Source of the DNA: an uncultured delta proteobacterium | GTDB taxonomy: Bacteria > Desulfobacterota > WTBG01 > JAGOGO01 | Reading direction: 5' to 3' | Length of the DNA: 64,000 nt | Assembly (NCBI GenBank): GCA_963727835.1 | Contig: CAVSIB010000026.1 | Location: 13,051-77,050, forward strand | Shown: positions 34,740-45,781 of the stretch, one piece after another | How the letters are laid out: every line of letters starts with the position of its first letter | Numbering within the stretch: the stretch's first letter is position 1 | Made by a program: the position numbers and the translations under genes | Notes under the pieces: model-generated | Seen by the model: the letters and a program-made list of their open reading frames with translations, nothing else | Told to the model about the DNA's origin: nothing | The model's database searches: none

Positions 34740-37573
34740 CTAAGCTCCGTCAAGATCACGGGAAGAATTGTTAGAGGGGTTAAAAAAATCTTTAAAAAAT
34801 TTTTTCGCCTTAGGAAATTTTACGGACACTTTCGGCTTTTGTACTGTACCCTTAATATGAATCGGTATGGTAACATCGCTGTCGCTGAGAAAAGATAAAA
34901 ATTTTTGCGCATCTTTGCCCAGAAAATTTTTAAGAGAATCTCCAGTAACTGAATAGTTAATCGGGTTCCCCTTTTTTTCAGGATCGTAGACAAGGGAAGT
35001 CCAACCTTTAAGCTCCAGCGAGAGGTCCTTACTGTTTATTTTGAGAGTATCATTATAAATTTTCCCGTCTCCCAAGTGAAAGAGTGTCAGAATCTGATCA
35101 AAACGGATCTCTCGGATTTTCCTAAAACCTTCAATATCTCGCTTAAGGCGCCCTCACTTTGAACGGACACATCATGCAAACTAATTTTTCCAGTGCCCAC
35201 GATACTCGTGCTTATCTCTTGTTCCCAATCAGCCCCCTTCCAGGAGGTCTGGAAAGAAAAAAATCCTTTTCCGGAAAGCAGAGTATAGCGGGAGCCGATA
35301 GGAATAACGTAACCCAACATAGTTTGTTCTTTAGATAGTTCAATGTCTTTTCCTTGCCCACTTAATTTCATTACGGGGCGCTTTTGCCTTAAATCAATAG
35401 TGCCCTGAACTGTTGAGGGGCCATTATTCAGAAGGCCTCCCAAAGCCAAACGGAGAATACTTTTATTGAGCGTAAATTCCGTACTTTTAAGATTCTGAAT
35501 TGTGCCGAGGCCTTGGTAGCTCATAGCATCTAAAAATACGGTGCCATTTCCGGTCCAAGAGGAAAGAACTGGTTTGCGTTCAGCAGGCTTCAAATTCCCT
35601 TCAGCAGCAAAGGCTAAGCTTCCCTTTCCATGAAGGATCATTTTTTTTGGAAAGACATCCTTCCATTCTTTTTGGAATTCTTCTAAGGCAAGAACGAGTT
35701 TTCCTTCGCATTTCGCAAAAGGATTTTGGGAAATTTGAGTAATGGTTCCCCGGCCATTAAATTTTAAGCAAGGAGATTCAGCCGTGAGGGCAGTGAAGGT
35801 AAGAGTGTCTTGCTCTGGAGAGTAGATAAAGTTATGCGTGACTTTAAGTTTGGGTAGCAAAGGAAGATTGTGATCCCCCTTCACAACCAGCGAATTTTTT
35901 AGATTTCCTTTAATGGTAAAGTCAGAGGAGGACTCTCCTTCACTCGGGAAACCTCGAGGGAGTACATCGAGAAGTTGTTTTTTTAGCTCAGCAAGCTTTA
36001 ATGAAAGAGTGCCTTCCACGTCTATATCACTTTGCCCATCCACAGCACCCTTAATTTCCCCGGATAAGGATTTCCCTCGAATGAGTAAGGATGTTATCGT
36101 AAACCGATTTTCTTTAAGGTTGCACAAGACGTCTGGAAAAATTCGAAGCGTTTCTTCCTGAAAAGGCCGCCCTTTGAGAGCGGGGTGTTCGATGCTCAAA
36201 CCTCTAACAACGGCAGCTCCTTTAAGATTAAACTCTTTTGCAGATCCAGTTCCCGAGAGAGATAGCTGGGTTATGCCGGAAAGGTTAAGATCAGGTAGGA
36301 GGTGAAAAAAATTTCTCAGAATGTGGACAACCTCATTTAGGTCCCCAGTTCCTGAGAGCGTGAGGTTGCCATAAGGGGCCTTTTGAAAATTGTTGATTGT
36401 CCCGGAAAGAGAAAGCTTAAGAAAGTCACTATTGAGATCAAAAAGTTTAACTTTAATCTCGTGGGTAGGAAAGTTAAATAAAACCTCTTGAGAAGAATCA
36501 ATGCGAGGTTGCGCAAGGGGGGGCGGTTGGAAAGCTCCTCCGGCTATGGACACATTGGTCAGCTGGGTTGCACCCGTTATTGCAATAAGAGAATCAAAAT
36601 TTCCCCGGGCTTCTAAGGATGACCGAAGGTTGCCTTTCCAAGAATACCCAGGAGGAAAACCCAGGACCCCGGCTAACACCTGAGAAAGTTTGTCTAAGTC
36701 AAAAGAACAGACTAGGCGTCCTCCGGTTGCCTCGGTGGAGGAGGTGTTAAATTTGTCTAAGTCAAAAAATCCTTCCACATGGCCAAAGCCTGCTTCCATG
36801 GTGAGTGTCCCTCGGGCCTTGGGGAGGTTCATTTTTTCTTTGGAAAAGAAAAGGGCTGAACCGCTTATTCTTAATGGCTCAGGGGGGTTGTTGTTAAGTA
36901 TGACCGTGCCTTGCAAAAGAAACTTTATTGGTTTCGCAAGGGAACGAACACTTAAATCAGCAGAAAATTGTTTTATCTGAGTAGTCGTATTAAGACGCTG
37001 ATCAATAAAGGTAAAAACACCTTCCGTGATATGAGCGTTGAGAAACAGCGCAGAAAAGCCTTTATAGATACTGGAGTTCTTTTTTGGCCGTGGGGCAAGG
37101 GATTCATTTGGCGTAAGCGGAGAAGATTCTTTATCGGCAAGGCCAGTCCTCTCCTGGGGGAGAGATGCGACGCGATCGTCTCCCCGTATTTTTCCCGTTT
37201 TGTCTCTTATGATCGTTAACGCTATTCCCTTGATCGTTAAAGAGGTAGCCTTGAATTTTCTTGCCAATAAGGCTCGCCAGTCGGGCAGGAGTTGAACAGA
37301 ATGAAGCACGAGCAAAGGTGATCGGTCTTGATTTGTGATGTTTAGCTGAGAGATAGAAAACCCATCTTTCCAGGAGAAGGCCAGAGTCTCCATCACAACC
37401 GGTCTTTTAAAAGCCTTGGCCAAATACAGCGAGGCTTTCTCACGTGCACGGTCTGAAGACAAAAGTGGAGGGAGAATAAAATATAAGATGATAATAAAGA
37501 TAAAAACAAAAATAAAAAGACGGAGACCCCAGTGCAAAACCTGTCTTATTAAGAGTTCATTCTTCATCGTCAA
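34740..37573 (-). pseudogene. AsmA-family outer-membrane biogenesis protein, one frameshift about 35090-35115 separating the last ~115 codons
   Basis: N-terminal TM anchor and long beta-rich body. ORF 34740..35075 (…TIPIHIKGTVQKPKVSV) is the typical AsmA C-terminal end, and the alternative frame reads EIRFDQILTLFHLGDGKIY across the junction. Confidence 0.65.
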
Positions 37574-38219
37574 TCACAAAGTCGGGATAAAGCTTTTTCA
37601 CACACTCTGGGCAAAGGCCGTGGGTAAAGGTAGCATCAGAATGTTCTCTGATGTAAGCTTCAATTTGTTTCCAGTACCCGCTATCATCGCGAATCTTTTT
37701 ACACGAGGCACAGATGGGCAACAATCCGCTCAATGTCTTAACCTTGGCAATGGCCTCCTGAAGTTCTTCGAGGGTTTGCTGCAGTTCCTGGATGAGAAAT
37801 TTTCTTTCCTCTTCAGCCTGCTTGTGCTCAGTAATATCATTGCCAACACTAAGAATCCCCGTGAGGTTCCCGTGCTCATCTAAAATCGCTTTATTAGTCC
37901 AGGCAATCCAGACTCGCTCGCCGTTTCGACGGATGTTTTCATTTTCGTTGTTTTTAAATTTTTCAGGATAGAGCATAAGGTCTTTCCTCATTTGTGCGAG
38001 GTCACGGCCCGTGGTTTCGGTTTTAGGTACAATCGTTTCCAAAAGATTTTTGCCGACAATTTCCTCTTCCGTATAGCCAAAAAAATTTTGGGCAAATTCA
38101 TTAAAGAAGGTGATTCGTCCCTGAGTATCAGACCGGAGGATAATACTGTTGGCATTTTCTACCAGTTCCCGGTACTTCTCCTCGTGTTTTTGCAATGCCT
38201 CTTCTTTTACATTGAGCAT
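37557..38219 (-). CDS. PAS-domain sensor with C-terminal four-Cys module (ICASCKKIRDD...HGLCPEC)
   Basis: PAS S-box (ITFFNEFAQNFFGYTEEEIVGKN...NGERVWIAWT), coiled coil, then LPICASCKKIRDDSGYWKQIEAYIREHSDATFTHGLCPECVKKLYP. ATG 38219 is preferred because the upstream 24 codons look like the rmuC tail. Confidence 0.75.
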   Translation of the reverse strand: MLNVKEEALQKHEEKYRELVENANSIILRSDTQGRITFFNEFAQNFFGYTEEEIVGKNLLETIVPKTETTGRDLAQMRKDLMLYPEKFKNNENENIRRNGERVWIAWTNKAILDEHGNLTGILSVGNDITEHKQAEEERKFLIQELQQTLEELQEAIAKVKTLSGLLPICASCKKIRDDSGYWKQIEAYIREHSDATFTHGLCPECVKKLYPDFVIDDEE

Positions 38220-38846
38220 TGCTGACCGGGGGGCAAAACGATCCTCGGTTTGCTTCTCCACCTGCAGGTTCTCCAAATTTTTTGATCCCATATTCTTCCT
38301 TTTTGGGCATCTTCGATTCGCTTACCCAAGGTTTCAAGTTTGTTACAGAACTCATCCCAATGCTTTTTAAACCGTCCCAATAATGAGAGGATCTCGCGGA
38401 GGGTTTTTCTAAAGCAAAATGTTCAACCGCCTGCCGAATCACAGCCAGAACTGCAAAAAGAGTTATGGGCGAACAAAATACCACCTGGTTTTTAATACCG
38501 TTTTCTAAGATCGAGCTATCCTGTTCATGAATAAAAGCATAGACCTGTTCATTGGAATAAACAAAAGCACACAATCAACCGTGTTATCATCCGGGTTGAT
38601 GTATTCTCGTGTGGTCACCTCCTTGACCCGGGCTTTTGCGTTATTTAAGAAAGCTGTGCGGTATTTGGCCTTGTCCACCTCGGACTGTGTCTCCAGGTAT
38701 TTGAGGTAGTTATCCAGAGGGAATTTAACATCCATATTGAGCTTAAGGTTATTCAGCAAGAGGAACATAAAGTCAGAGAAGTAAAGCAGGGGGGATAATA
38801 TATCCCCTCGCGTTAATAGCTTGGATTGGAATAAGTCACCTCGCAT
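38220..38846 (-). pseudogene. rmuC: DNA recombination protein RmuC remnant, N-terminally truncated with at least 3 frame changes
   Basis: MDVKFPLDNYLKYLE...VDCVLLFIP / NEQVYAFIHEQD...VVFCSPITLFAVLAVIRQAVE / TLREILSLLGRFKKHWDEFCNKLETLGKRIEDAQK lie in successive frames. Confidence 0.6.
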
Positions 38847-38963
38847 TTCCTTAATTCCAAGAAATTTTTATAAAAATACCATAAGCTTTTCCCTAGGTCA
38901 ACCTCTTCTCTTTGCGAGGATTTCTTGTTTAAATTTTCATTTCAGGCAAATTAAAATAAACAT

Positions 38964-38994
38964 TGACTTGAACACAAATTATTTGTATACAAAT
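38964..38994 (+). promoter_or_regulatory. marR promoter with overlapping perfect 14-bp palindrome
   Basis: TTGACT (38964-38969), 17 nt spacer, TATACA (38987-38992). The palindrome ATTTGTATACAAAT at 38981-38994 covers the -10. Confidence 0.5.
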
Positions 38995-39040
38995 TAAACA
39001 GAGGGTTAACCATTCATATTTTAATCAGAAAGAAAGAAAA

Positions 39041-39535
39041 ATGGTCCAAAATTCTCAGGAAGTTGCTGAAATTATAGACAATCTTAGGAAAGCATTTCAA
39101 GCGGTCAATGAATATTCTAAAAAAGCGGAAGGGCGAACCGGATTAACCGGCCCCCAGCTTTGGACTATAAAAGTTGTTGCCGAATTTCCTTCTATAAAGG
39201 TGTCTGATCTTGCCCATCGTATGTATCTCCATCCCGCAACCGTGGTTGGAATTATCGACCGGCTTGAGACAAAAGGGTTTGTGTCGAGAGTACGCTCAAG
39301 TAAAGACCGCCGTGTAGTCTGGGTGAAGCTCACTAAGCACGGTGAAGAGCTAATTTCCAAGGCGCCTGAAGTTGCTCAAGGTTTACTGGTGGCAGGATTA
39401 GAAGCACTTCCAACAGCAAAACAGAGGGCTATTGGGGAAGGGCTTAGCCACTTGGTGAAAATTTTAAAAGCCCAAAGCCTCCCCCCCAAATTAATGTTCT
39501 CAAATGAAGTGAACGAGCCTAAAAAAACAATGTGA
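39041..39535 (+). CDS. MarR family transcriptional regulator
   Basis: LTGPQLWTIKVV...VSDLAHRMYLHPATVVGIIDRLETKGFVSRVRSSKDRRVVWVKLT (winged HTH). Confidence 0.85.
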   Translation: MVQNSQEVAEIIDNLRKAFQAVNEYSKKAEGRTGLTGPQLWTIKVVAEFPSIKVSDLAHRMYLHPATVVGIIDRLETKGFVSRVRSSKDRRVVWVKLTKHGEELISKAPEVAQGLLVAGLEALPTAKQRAIGEGLSHLVKILKAQSLPPKLMFSNEVNEPKKTM

Positions 39536-39556
39536 GAAAAGTTAAAATAATTAACA

Positions 39557-40399
39557 ATGAGTCTTCTGGGCAAATTGGGCATTGGAATAATGGTAATCCT
39601 CATTTTTATGAAAATTGTTGCCACCAGCTTCACCATCTCTTCAGGCGGCTCAGGAGGGGTTTTTGGCCCCACTCTTTTTATTGGAGGGATGATTGGTGGA
39701 ATGGTTGGGTTTACCGGCCACTATTTTTATCCGGAAATAGTATCCCACCCTGGCGCTTATGTGGTGGTGGGGATGGCAGCGTTTTTTGCGGGAGTAGCCC
39801 ACGCCCCTATCGGTTCACTTCTGATGTGTTCGGAGATGACCCAAGGGTATGGTCTTATCGCGCCCCTTATGCTCGTTTTATTTATCGCTATCCTTTTTAA
39901 TAAAAAATATTCCATTTACGAAAAACAGGTAGAAAGTCGGCTCCAATCCCCAGCCCATATCGGGGACTTCACCATTAATGTTTTGGCTGAGATGAAGGTG
40001 AAAGCAATATATAAGCCTAAGAACATAAAACCCATCTCAAAAAAAGCACCTTATGGGGAACTGAAGAAAATTCTTGCTGAATCAACCGAGCGCTGTTTTC
40101 CGGTTAGCGACGAGCAAGGGAAATTAATTGGGTGCATCAACTGGCAGCATGCCCGGCCGATCGTCTTTGAGGTGGGACTTGAGCATCTGCTTATTGCTGA
40201 AGACTTGATGATCCCAGCCGAGACCTTAGCCCCGGAAAACAATCTCTATGAAGCACTGCTTAAGTTTCTAAAAACCAATCAAGAAGAACTTTTGGTGGTA
40301 AATTCAGAAGAAAATCCCGATCAGGTCTTAGGAGTGTTGCGGCATGACGACTTAAGCCAGGCCTACAATCAAGAAATTAATCGGAGAAAAAGTGAATAA
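39557..40399 (+). CDS. 5'-truncated ClC chloride-channel fragment (C-terminal TM half + CBS pair), probably a remnant
   Basis: It starts at the GGSGGVFGPTLFIGG (GxFxP) helix. The GSGIP and GKEGP motifs and about 300 N-terminal residues are absent. A CBS-type region follows, and no clear SD is present. Confidence 0.65.
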   Translation: MSLLGKLGIGIMVILIFMKIVATSFTISSGGSGGVFGPTLFIGGMIGGMVGFTGHYFYPEIVSHPGAYVVVGMAAFFAGVAHAPIGSLLMCSEMTQGYGLIAPLMLVLFIAILFNKKYSIYEKQVESRLQSPAHIGDFTINVLAEMKVKAIYKPKNIKPISKKAPYGELKKILAESTERCFPVSDEQGKLIGCINWQHARPIVFEVGLEHLLIAEDLMIPAETLAPENNLYEALLKFLKTNQEELLVVNSEENPDQVLGVLRHDDLSQAYNQEINRRKSE

Positions 40400-40443
40400 T
40401 AACTATGGGAGATTTGGTTGGTTTTTAGCACAACAGGCGGTTG

Positions 40444-41769
40444 ATGAAAAAAACTTTTAAAAAAGATTGTCTGACTATTTTTGAGGCTGGAATTAAGGCA
40501 GTTAATCCTTATCAAGCAGTCAAGCACTATTTAAAAGTTGAAGGGGATTTCCTCTATCTCCCTAACCACACTTTTAACCTATCTGCTTTTAAAAACATCT
40601 ATGTTATCGGAGCTGGGAAAGCCAGTGCTTATTTGGCTTTAGCATTAGAGGAAATTTTGGGGGAACGGTTAAAGGGAGGTCTTATTATTGTTAAGTATGG
40701 GCATGGAGCTCATTTAAAGAAAGTAAAAGTTATAGAAGCCGGGCATCCGATTCCCGATGAAAACGGGCTTTGCGGTGCACACGCCTTAGTAAAGCTCGCC
40801 AAAGGATTCGGCATAGAGGATCTTGTCTTTTGTGTAATATCCGGAGGTGGTTCCGCACTCCTTCCCTTGCCAGTTGCGGGAATAAGCCTGAAAGAAAAAC
40901 AGGAGACTACCAAGGCTCTCTTAGGTTGCGGAGCCCCTATTCATGAAATTAACAGTATAAGAAAGCATCTTTCCCAAATTAAAGGGGGCGGTTTGGCGAG
41001 GGTCGTATATCCGGCTACCCTGGTCTCTTTGATCATTTCTGATGTAATTGGAAATGACCTTGGAGTAATTGCCTCGGGACCTATGGTTGCTGATACCAGC
41101 ACTTTTCTTGAATGCAAGAAGATACTTGAGCGATACCATCTTCTTTCAAACATCCCTCGTGCAGTTCGAAACCACATCCTTAAGGGGGTCAGGGGGGGAG
41201 TACAAGAAACTCTAAAACAGGGGAGCGCTATCTTAAAAAAAACCATTAACCTGGTAATCGGTAGCAATACCCAATGCTTAGAAGCTGCGGAGAAAAAGGC
41301 AAAAACAATCGGCTACAACACCCTGCTTCTTTCCTCCTTTGTAGAAGGAGAAGCAAGAGAAGTAGCAAAAATGCAGGCAGCAATTTTAAAAGAAATAATA
41401 AACTTTGGCCGGCCAATTCTCCGCCCCGCATGTGTCATTTCCGGTGGTGAAACAACCGTAACCATTCGTGGTACTGGCAAAGGGGGGAGGAATCAGGAGT
41501 TTGCTCTGACCTGTGGTATTGAAATAGCGGGATTGAAAGGAACTGCTGTCTTAAGCGCGGGAACGGACGGCACCGACGGGCCAACTGATGCGGCTGGCGC
41601 CTATGCTGATTGGAAGATGGTAGATCGTGCGAAAAAATTAGGCCTTGATCCTTGCCATTACCTTGATAATAATGATTCCTTTCATTTTTTTGAACAACTC
41701 AATGACCTCATCATCACCGGATCCACCAAAACCAATGTTATGGATATGATCGTGCTTCTGGCAACGTAA
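40444..41769 (+). CDS. Glycerate 2-kinase / hydroxypyruvate reductase family (DUF4147 + MOFRL)
   Basis: GAGKAS, EAGHPIPDENG, ISGGGSALL, SGGETTVTIRGTGKGGRNQEFAL, AGTDGTDGPTDAAGA. Confidence 0.85.
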   Translation: MKKTFKKDCLTIFEAGIKAVNPYQAVKHYLKVEGDFLYLPNHTFNLSAFKNIYVIGAGKASAYLALALEEILGERLKGGLIIVKYGHGAHLKKVKVIEAGHPIPDENGLCGAHALVKLAKGFGIEDLVFCVISGGGSALLPLPVAGISLKEKQETTKALLGCGAPIHEINSIRKHLSQIKGGGLARVVYPATLVSLIISDVIGNDLGVIASGPMVADTSTFLECKKILERYHLLSNIPRAVRNHILKGVRGGVQETLKQGSAILKKTINLVIGSNTQCLEAAEKKAKTIGYNTLLLSSFVEGEAREVAKMQAAILKEIINFGRPILRPACVISGGETTVTIRGTGKGGRNQEFALTCGIEIAGLKGTAVLSAGTDGTDGPTDAAGAYADWKMVDRAKKLGLDPCHYLDNNDSFHFFEQLNDLIITGSTKTNVMDMIVLLAT

Positions 41770-41852
41770 TTTTTTTGGGTGAGCCGCCACCATGAAGGTG
41801 TTGCGTTTTTTGTAACTGCTTCTTTAGGTTTTTCCGAAACAAACCCGTATCC

Positions 41853-42728
41853 TTAAATCCGATATGTCTTAACTACCCGTTCAATACCGGATAGGTCCTT
41901 TATGATTTCAGGGAGAGAAAATTTTTTGGTCTCGACCATTATCTTTGCAACATCATGACCCTGCCCGCTTCCTGCCTCTAACAGTAGGTAACCGCCCGGT
42001 TTGAGATAATCAGGGGCTTTTTGGACAATCGCGCGATAAAACGTCAACCCATCTGCTCCCCCATCAAAAGCAATAGCGGGTTCATAGTCGCGGATTCCCG
42101 GAGGTAGGTGAGGGATTTCATTGGTGGGAATATACGGCGGATTGGAAATAATGAGATCGAATGGTGTTCTTTCCCCTTCTAATGGCTCAAAAAGGTTTCC
42201 CTCAATGAACCGTATGGAGCGCACGCCATGCGAAAAAGCATTCTCCTTTGCTACAGAAAGCGCCTCCGGAGAGATATCGATGGCACTAATTGATGCCTGG
42301 GGAAGTTCAGTAGCTAAGGTAATTGAGATTGCGCCGTTTCCGGTCCCTATCTCTAAAATGGAAGGGGATGAACAAGGAGAGAAAATTTTGAGAGCCACTT
42401 CTACGAGAGTCTCAGTTTCCGGTCGCGGAATCATAACCGCTGGATTAACTTTAAACGGTAAAGACCAAAACTCTTTTCTCCCAATAATATATGAGACCGG
42501 CTCTCCCTTAATCCTCCGAGCTATCAGATTTTGAAACATTTCTTTCTCTTGTTCAGGAACTATGTTTGAAAATGAAAGGTATAAGCCCTTGCGATCAGTT
42601 TTAAGCGCATGGGCAAATAAGACTTCCGCATCTAATCGGGGAGTTGGTAGCTGATAATGAGATAATGATTCGCTTGCTTGAGTCAGGAGGAGGGAAACGG
42701 TAAGGGGATTGAGAGGATTTTGATTAAT
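41853..42728 (-). CDS. prmC: Release-factor glutamine methyltransferase PrmC/HemK, no canonical start codon (ATT 42728 overlapping the prfA stop proposed)
   Basis: NPPY motif, [41 protein letters not shown]. The in-frame upstream 63 codons (…[18 protein letters not shown]…) match the PrmC N-domain but contain no ATG/GTG/TTG. The first ATG is 42539. Confidence 0.85.
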   Translation of the reverse strand: MNQNPLNPLTVSLLLTQASESLSHYQLPTPRLDAEVLFAHALKTDRKGLYLSFSNIVPEQEKEMFQNLIARRIKGEPVSYIIGRKEFWSLPFKVNPAVMIPRPETETLVEVALKIFSPCSSPSILEIGTGNGAISITLATELPQASISAIDISPEALSVAKENAFSHGVRSIRFIEGNLFEPLEGERTPFDLIISNPPYIPTNEIPHLPPGIRDYEPAIAFDGGADGLTFYRAIVQKAPDYLKPGGYLLLEAGSGQGHDVAKIMVETKKFSLPEIIKDLSGIERVVKTYRI

Positions 42729-43800
42729 TTTTTATTCCTCCTACCTTCAGGGCTTCACTTTGAAAATAAGCTTGGAGTGGGTTGATGATTTCGCCTAAGT
42801 TCCCTTCCAAAACAAAATCGAGTTTATAGAGCGTGAGGCCAATGCGGTGATCAGTAACCCGCCCTTGGGGAAAATTATACGTACGGATCCGTTCGCTCCG
42901 ATCTCCTGAGCCAACCTGGTTTTTTCGGGTCTGCGACATTTCATTTTTCTGTTCAGTAATCGCCAGATCTAAAAGGCGTGCCCTGAGTACTTTCAAGGCT
43001 TTTGCTTTGTTTTTATGTTGAGATTTTTCATCTTGGCAGGTTACCACTAAGCCGGTCGGAATGTGAGTTACCCGAACAGCGGAATCAGTGGTGTTGACGC
43101 TTTGCCCCCCGGGACCAGAAGAACGGAACACATCGATCCGCAAGGCATTAGGATCAATCTGGATATCCACCTCCTCAGCTTCCGGGAGAACAGCCACGGT
43201 AACCGCTGAGGTATGAATGCGTCCTTGTGATTCAGTGGCGGGGACCCGCTGGACTCGGTGGACCCCGCTTTCATATTTTAAATGACTATAAACCTTCTGT
43301 CCCTCAATGAGCGCAATTACTTCCTTAAATCCTCCCAATCCGGTGGCATTAGAGCTCATTATTTCTACTCGCCAGCCTTTTGCCTCAGCAAAGCGGCAGT
43401 ACATCCGAAAAAGGACAGAAGCAAAAAGCGCCGCTTCCTCTCCACCCGTGCCGGCCCGGATTTCTAAGATGATATTTTTCTTATCAAGAGGATCTTTCGG
43501 CAAAAGAAGAGTTTTAAGCGAGGACTCCAGTTCTTGCCGTTTCTCTCTTAAGGCATAAATTTCGGCTTTGGCGAGTTCCTGAATCTCCTTATCGTCATCC
43601 TGTAATAAGTTTTGATTTTCTTCTGTTTCCTGTTCGTTTTTTTTATATTCTCGGTAGGTTTCAATAAGCGTGGTAAGTTCGGCATACTCCTGGGAGAGCT
43701 TTCGGTATTCTTCTTTATTGTCTAAAGTCTTAGGATCGCTTAACCGCTGAGCCAGGGCATTGTAATGGTTTTCAACTGATTCCAGTTTTTGAAACATCAT
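42724..43800 (-). CDS. prfA: Peptide chain release factor 1
   Basis: PATESQGR (PxT tripeptide), [11 protein letters not shown] (GGQ). Confidence 0.97.
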   Translation of the reverse strand: MMFQKLESVENHYNALAQRLSDPKTLDNKEEYRKLSQEYAELTTLIETYREYKKNEQETEENQNLLQDDDKEIQELAKAEIYALREKRQELESSLKTLLLPKDPLDKKNIILEIRAGTGGEEAALFASVLFRMYCRFAEAKGWRVEIMSSNATGLGGFKEVIALIEGQKVYSHLKYESGVHRVQRVPATESQGRIHTSAVTVAVLPEAEEVDIQIDPNALRIDVFRSSGPGGQSVNTTDSAVRVTHIPTGLVVTCQDEKSQHKNKAKALKVLRARLLDLAITEQKNEMSQTRKNQVGSGDRSERIRTYNFPQGRVTDHRIGLTLYKLDFVLEGNLGEIINPLQAYFQSEALKVGGIKN

Positions 43801-43855
43801 TATTCCACATTACGCATTTGAGCAGGCGTATTTTGGGTTTTGCCCCAAAATCCGG

Positions 43856-44098
43856 TTATTCCTCTTTACTCTTTTTTTTTGCGGTTGAAGGAGGGGTTGC
43901 CTTTTTGCCGTACTTTCGTTGAAATTTTTCCACGCGGCCAGCCGCATCAATAAACTTGTGCTGCCCAGTGAAAAAGCTATGACACGCAGAACAGACTTCA
44001 ACCTTGATGTCCTTAAGCGTGGAGCGGGTTTTGATAACATTCCCACACGCACAGGTTACCGTGGTATCAAAATATTCTGGGTGGATATCCTTTTTCAT
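43856..44098 (-). CDS. rpmE: 50S ribosomal protein L31
   Basis: MKKDIHPEY..., CACGN...[10 protein letters not shown]. Confidence 0.95.
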   Translation of the reverse strand: MKKDIHPEYFDTTVTCACGNVIKTRSTLKDIKVEVCSACHSFFTGQHKFIDAAGRVEKFQRKYGKKATPPSTAKKKSKEE

Positions 44099-44258
44099 TT
44101 TTTGCCTCCATTCATTAGTATCTTTGTAATCCGCTTTCTTCTAAAGAAGCGTATTAGGTTAAAATATTATTGCTGAGACTCGATACGTGTTTTTTGGTAG
44201 TGGAGCACAGGAGCATGAGGATGCGCTGCTACATTACTCAATGCAAAAGACCCCACGG

Positions 44259-45506
44259 CTACTGATTCATCGAGTCTAAGAAGTCGGGATTTGATTTTGT
44301 TTCGCTCATTTTTTCTAACAAGAACTCCATCGCATCGATCGGACTTAAAGGCTGCAATACTTTGCGCAAAACCCAGATTCGGTTGAGGTCTTTCTTGTCT
44401 AATAAAAGCTCTTCTTTTCTGGTTCCAGAGCGGTTAATGTCTATGGCGGGGAAGATTCTCCGGTCGCTTAATTTTCGATCCAAATAGATCTCCATATTCC
44501 CTGTTCCTTTGAATTCTTCAAAAATAACTTCGTCCATCCGGCTGCCGGTGTCTATTAAGGCAGTTGCAATAACGGTAAGACTGCCTCCTTCTTCGATATT
44601 GCGCGCAGCTCCGAAAAACCGTTTTGGCCGGTGAAGAGCATTGGAATCCACGCCACCCGAAAGGACTTTCCCACTGGGAGGAACCACGGTATTATACGCA
44701 CGAGCAAGGCGGGTAATGCTGTCCAGAAGAATAACCACATCTCTCCCGCATTCTACCAATCGCTTGGCCTTTTCCAAAACCATCTCAGCTACCTGAATAT
44801 GGCGGGTGGCAGGCTCGTCAAAAGTAGAACTGACAACTTCTCCTTTGACTGTTCGTTCCATGTCGGTTACTTCTTCAGGTCTTTCATCAATCAAGAGCAC
44901 AATCAGGATAACCTCTTTATGATTCATCGCGATACTGTTGGCAATTTGTTGCAAAATCACCGTTTTTCCGGCTCGCGGAGGTGAGACGATCAAGCCTCGT
45001 TGTCCTTTTCCGATTGGGGTAAGGAGATCCATAACCCGGGTAGTGTATTCTTCCGCTTCAGTCTCAAGTTTTATCCTCTCATCCGGATAAAGAGGGGTTA
45101 AGTTATCAAAAAGAATCTTTTCTCGTGAACCTTCTGGGTCCTCATAATTGATTGCCTCAACTTTTAAAAGCGCAAAATAGCGCTCAGAATCTTTTGGGGG
45201 GCGAATTTGACCAGCGATGGTATCTCCGGTGCGGAGATTAAACCTGCGAATCTGGGAAGGAGAAACATAAATATCGTCAGGTCCAGGGAGGTAGTTGTAG
45301 TCAGGCGCTCGAAGGAAGCCAAAGCCATCGGGAAGAATTTCCAAAACACCTTCTCCATAAATTGATCCGTTTTTTTCTATTTCCGTCTGGAGAAGGGAAA
45401 AAATAAGTTCCTGCTTTCGCATTCCGCTTACCCCTTCGAGACCAAGGTGTTTTGCCATTGTTGTCAATTCGCTGATTTTTTTTGATTTTAATTCTTTAAG
45501 ATTCAT
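44259..45506 (-). CDS. rho: Transcription termination factor Rho
   Basis: 415 aa with [31 protein letters not shown]. Confidence 0.97.
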   Translation of the reverse strand: MNLKELKSKKISELTTMAKHLGLEGVSGMRKQELIFSLLQTEIEKNGSIYGEGVLEILPDGFGFLRAPDYNYLPGPDDIYVSPSQIRRFNLRTGDTIAGQIRPPKDSERYFALLKVEAINYEDPEGSREKILFDNLTPLYPDERIKLETEAEEYTTRVMDLLTPIGKGQRGLIVSPPRAGKTVILQQIANSIAMNHKEVILIVLLIDERPEEVTDMERTVKGEVVSSTFDEPATRHIQVAEMVLEKAKRLVECGRDVVILLDSITRLARAYNTVVPPSGKVLSGGVDSNALHRPKRFFGAARNIEEGGSLTVIATALIDTGSRMDEVIFEEFKGTGNMEIYLDRKLSDRRIFPAIDINRSGTRKEELLLDKKDLNRIWVLRKVLQPLSPIDAMEFLLEKMSETKSNPDFLDSMNQ

Positions 45507-45781
45507 TTTTTAAAAACCTTTTCTTTTGAAAGTTGTAAAAAAGGACTTTGTTTGCCCTGTATTTTTCAAGGGTTTGCTTAATTATTTGTTGGGACAAAAG
45601 AAGATATACTATCCATTCGAAAAAACTCTTCGAGATTCTGATTGATTTAAAAAAGGATGGTCTATTTTTTGTGAGATAAAAATTTTTGGCTTGGATTTTC
45701 TTCTTTTTTAGCCTTTGTCTCATACAAGGAAGAATAAAGCTATACTCCTTATCGAAAAAAAAATTTAAGGAAATTTATAAT

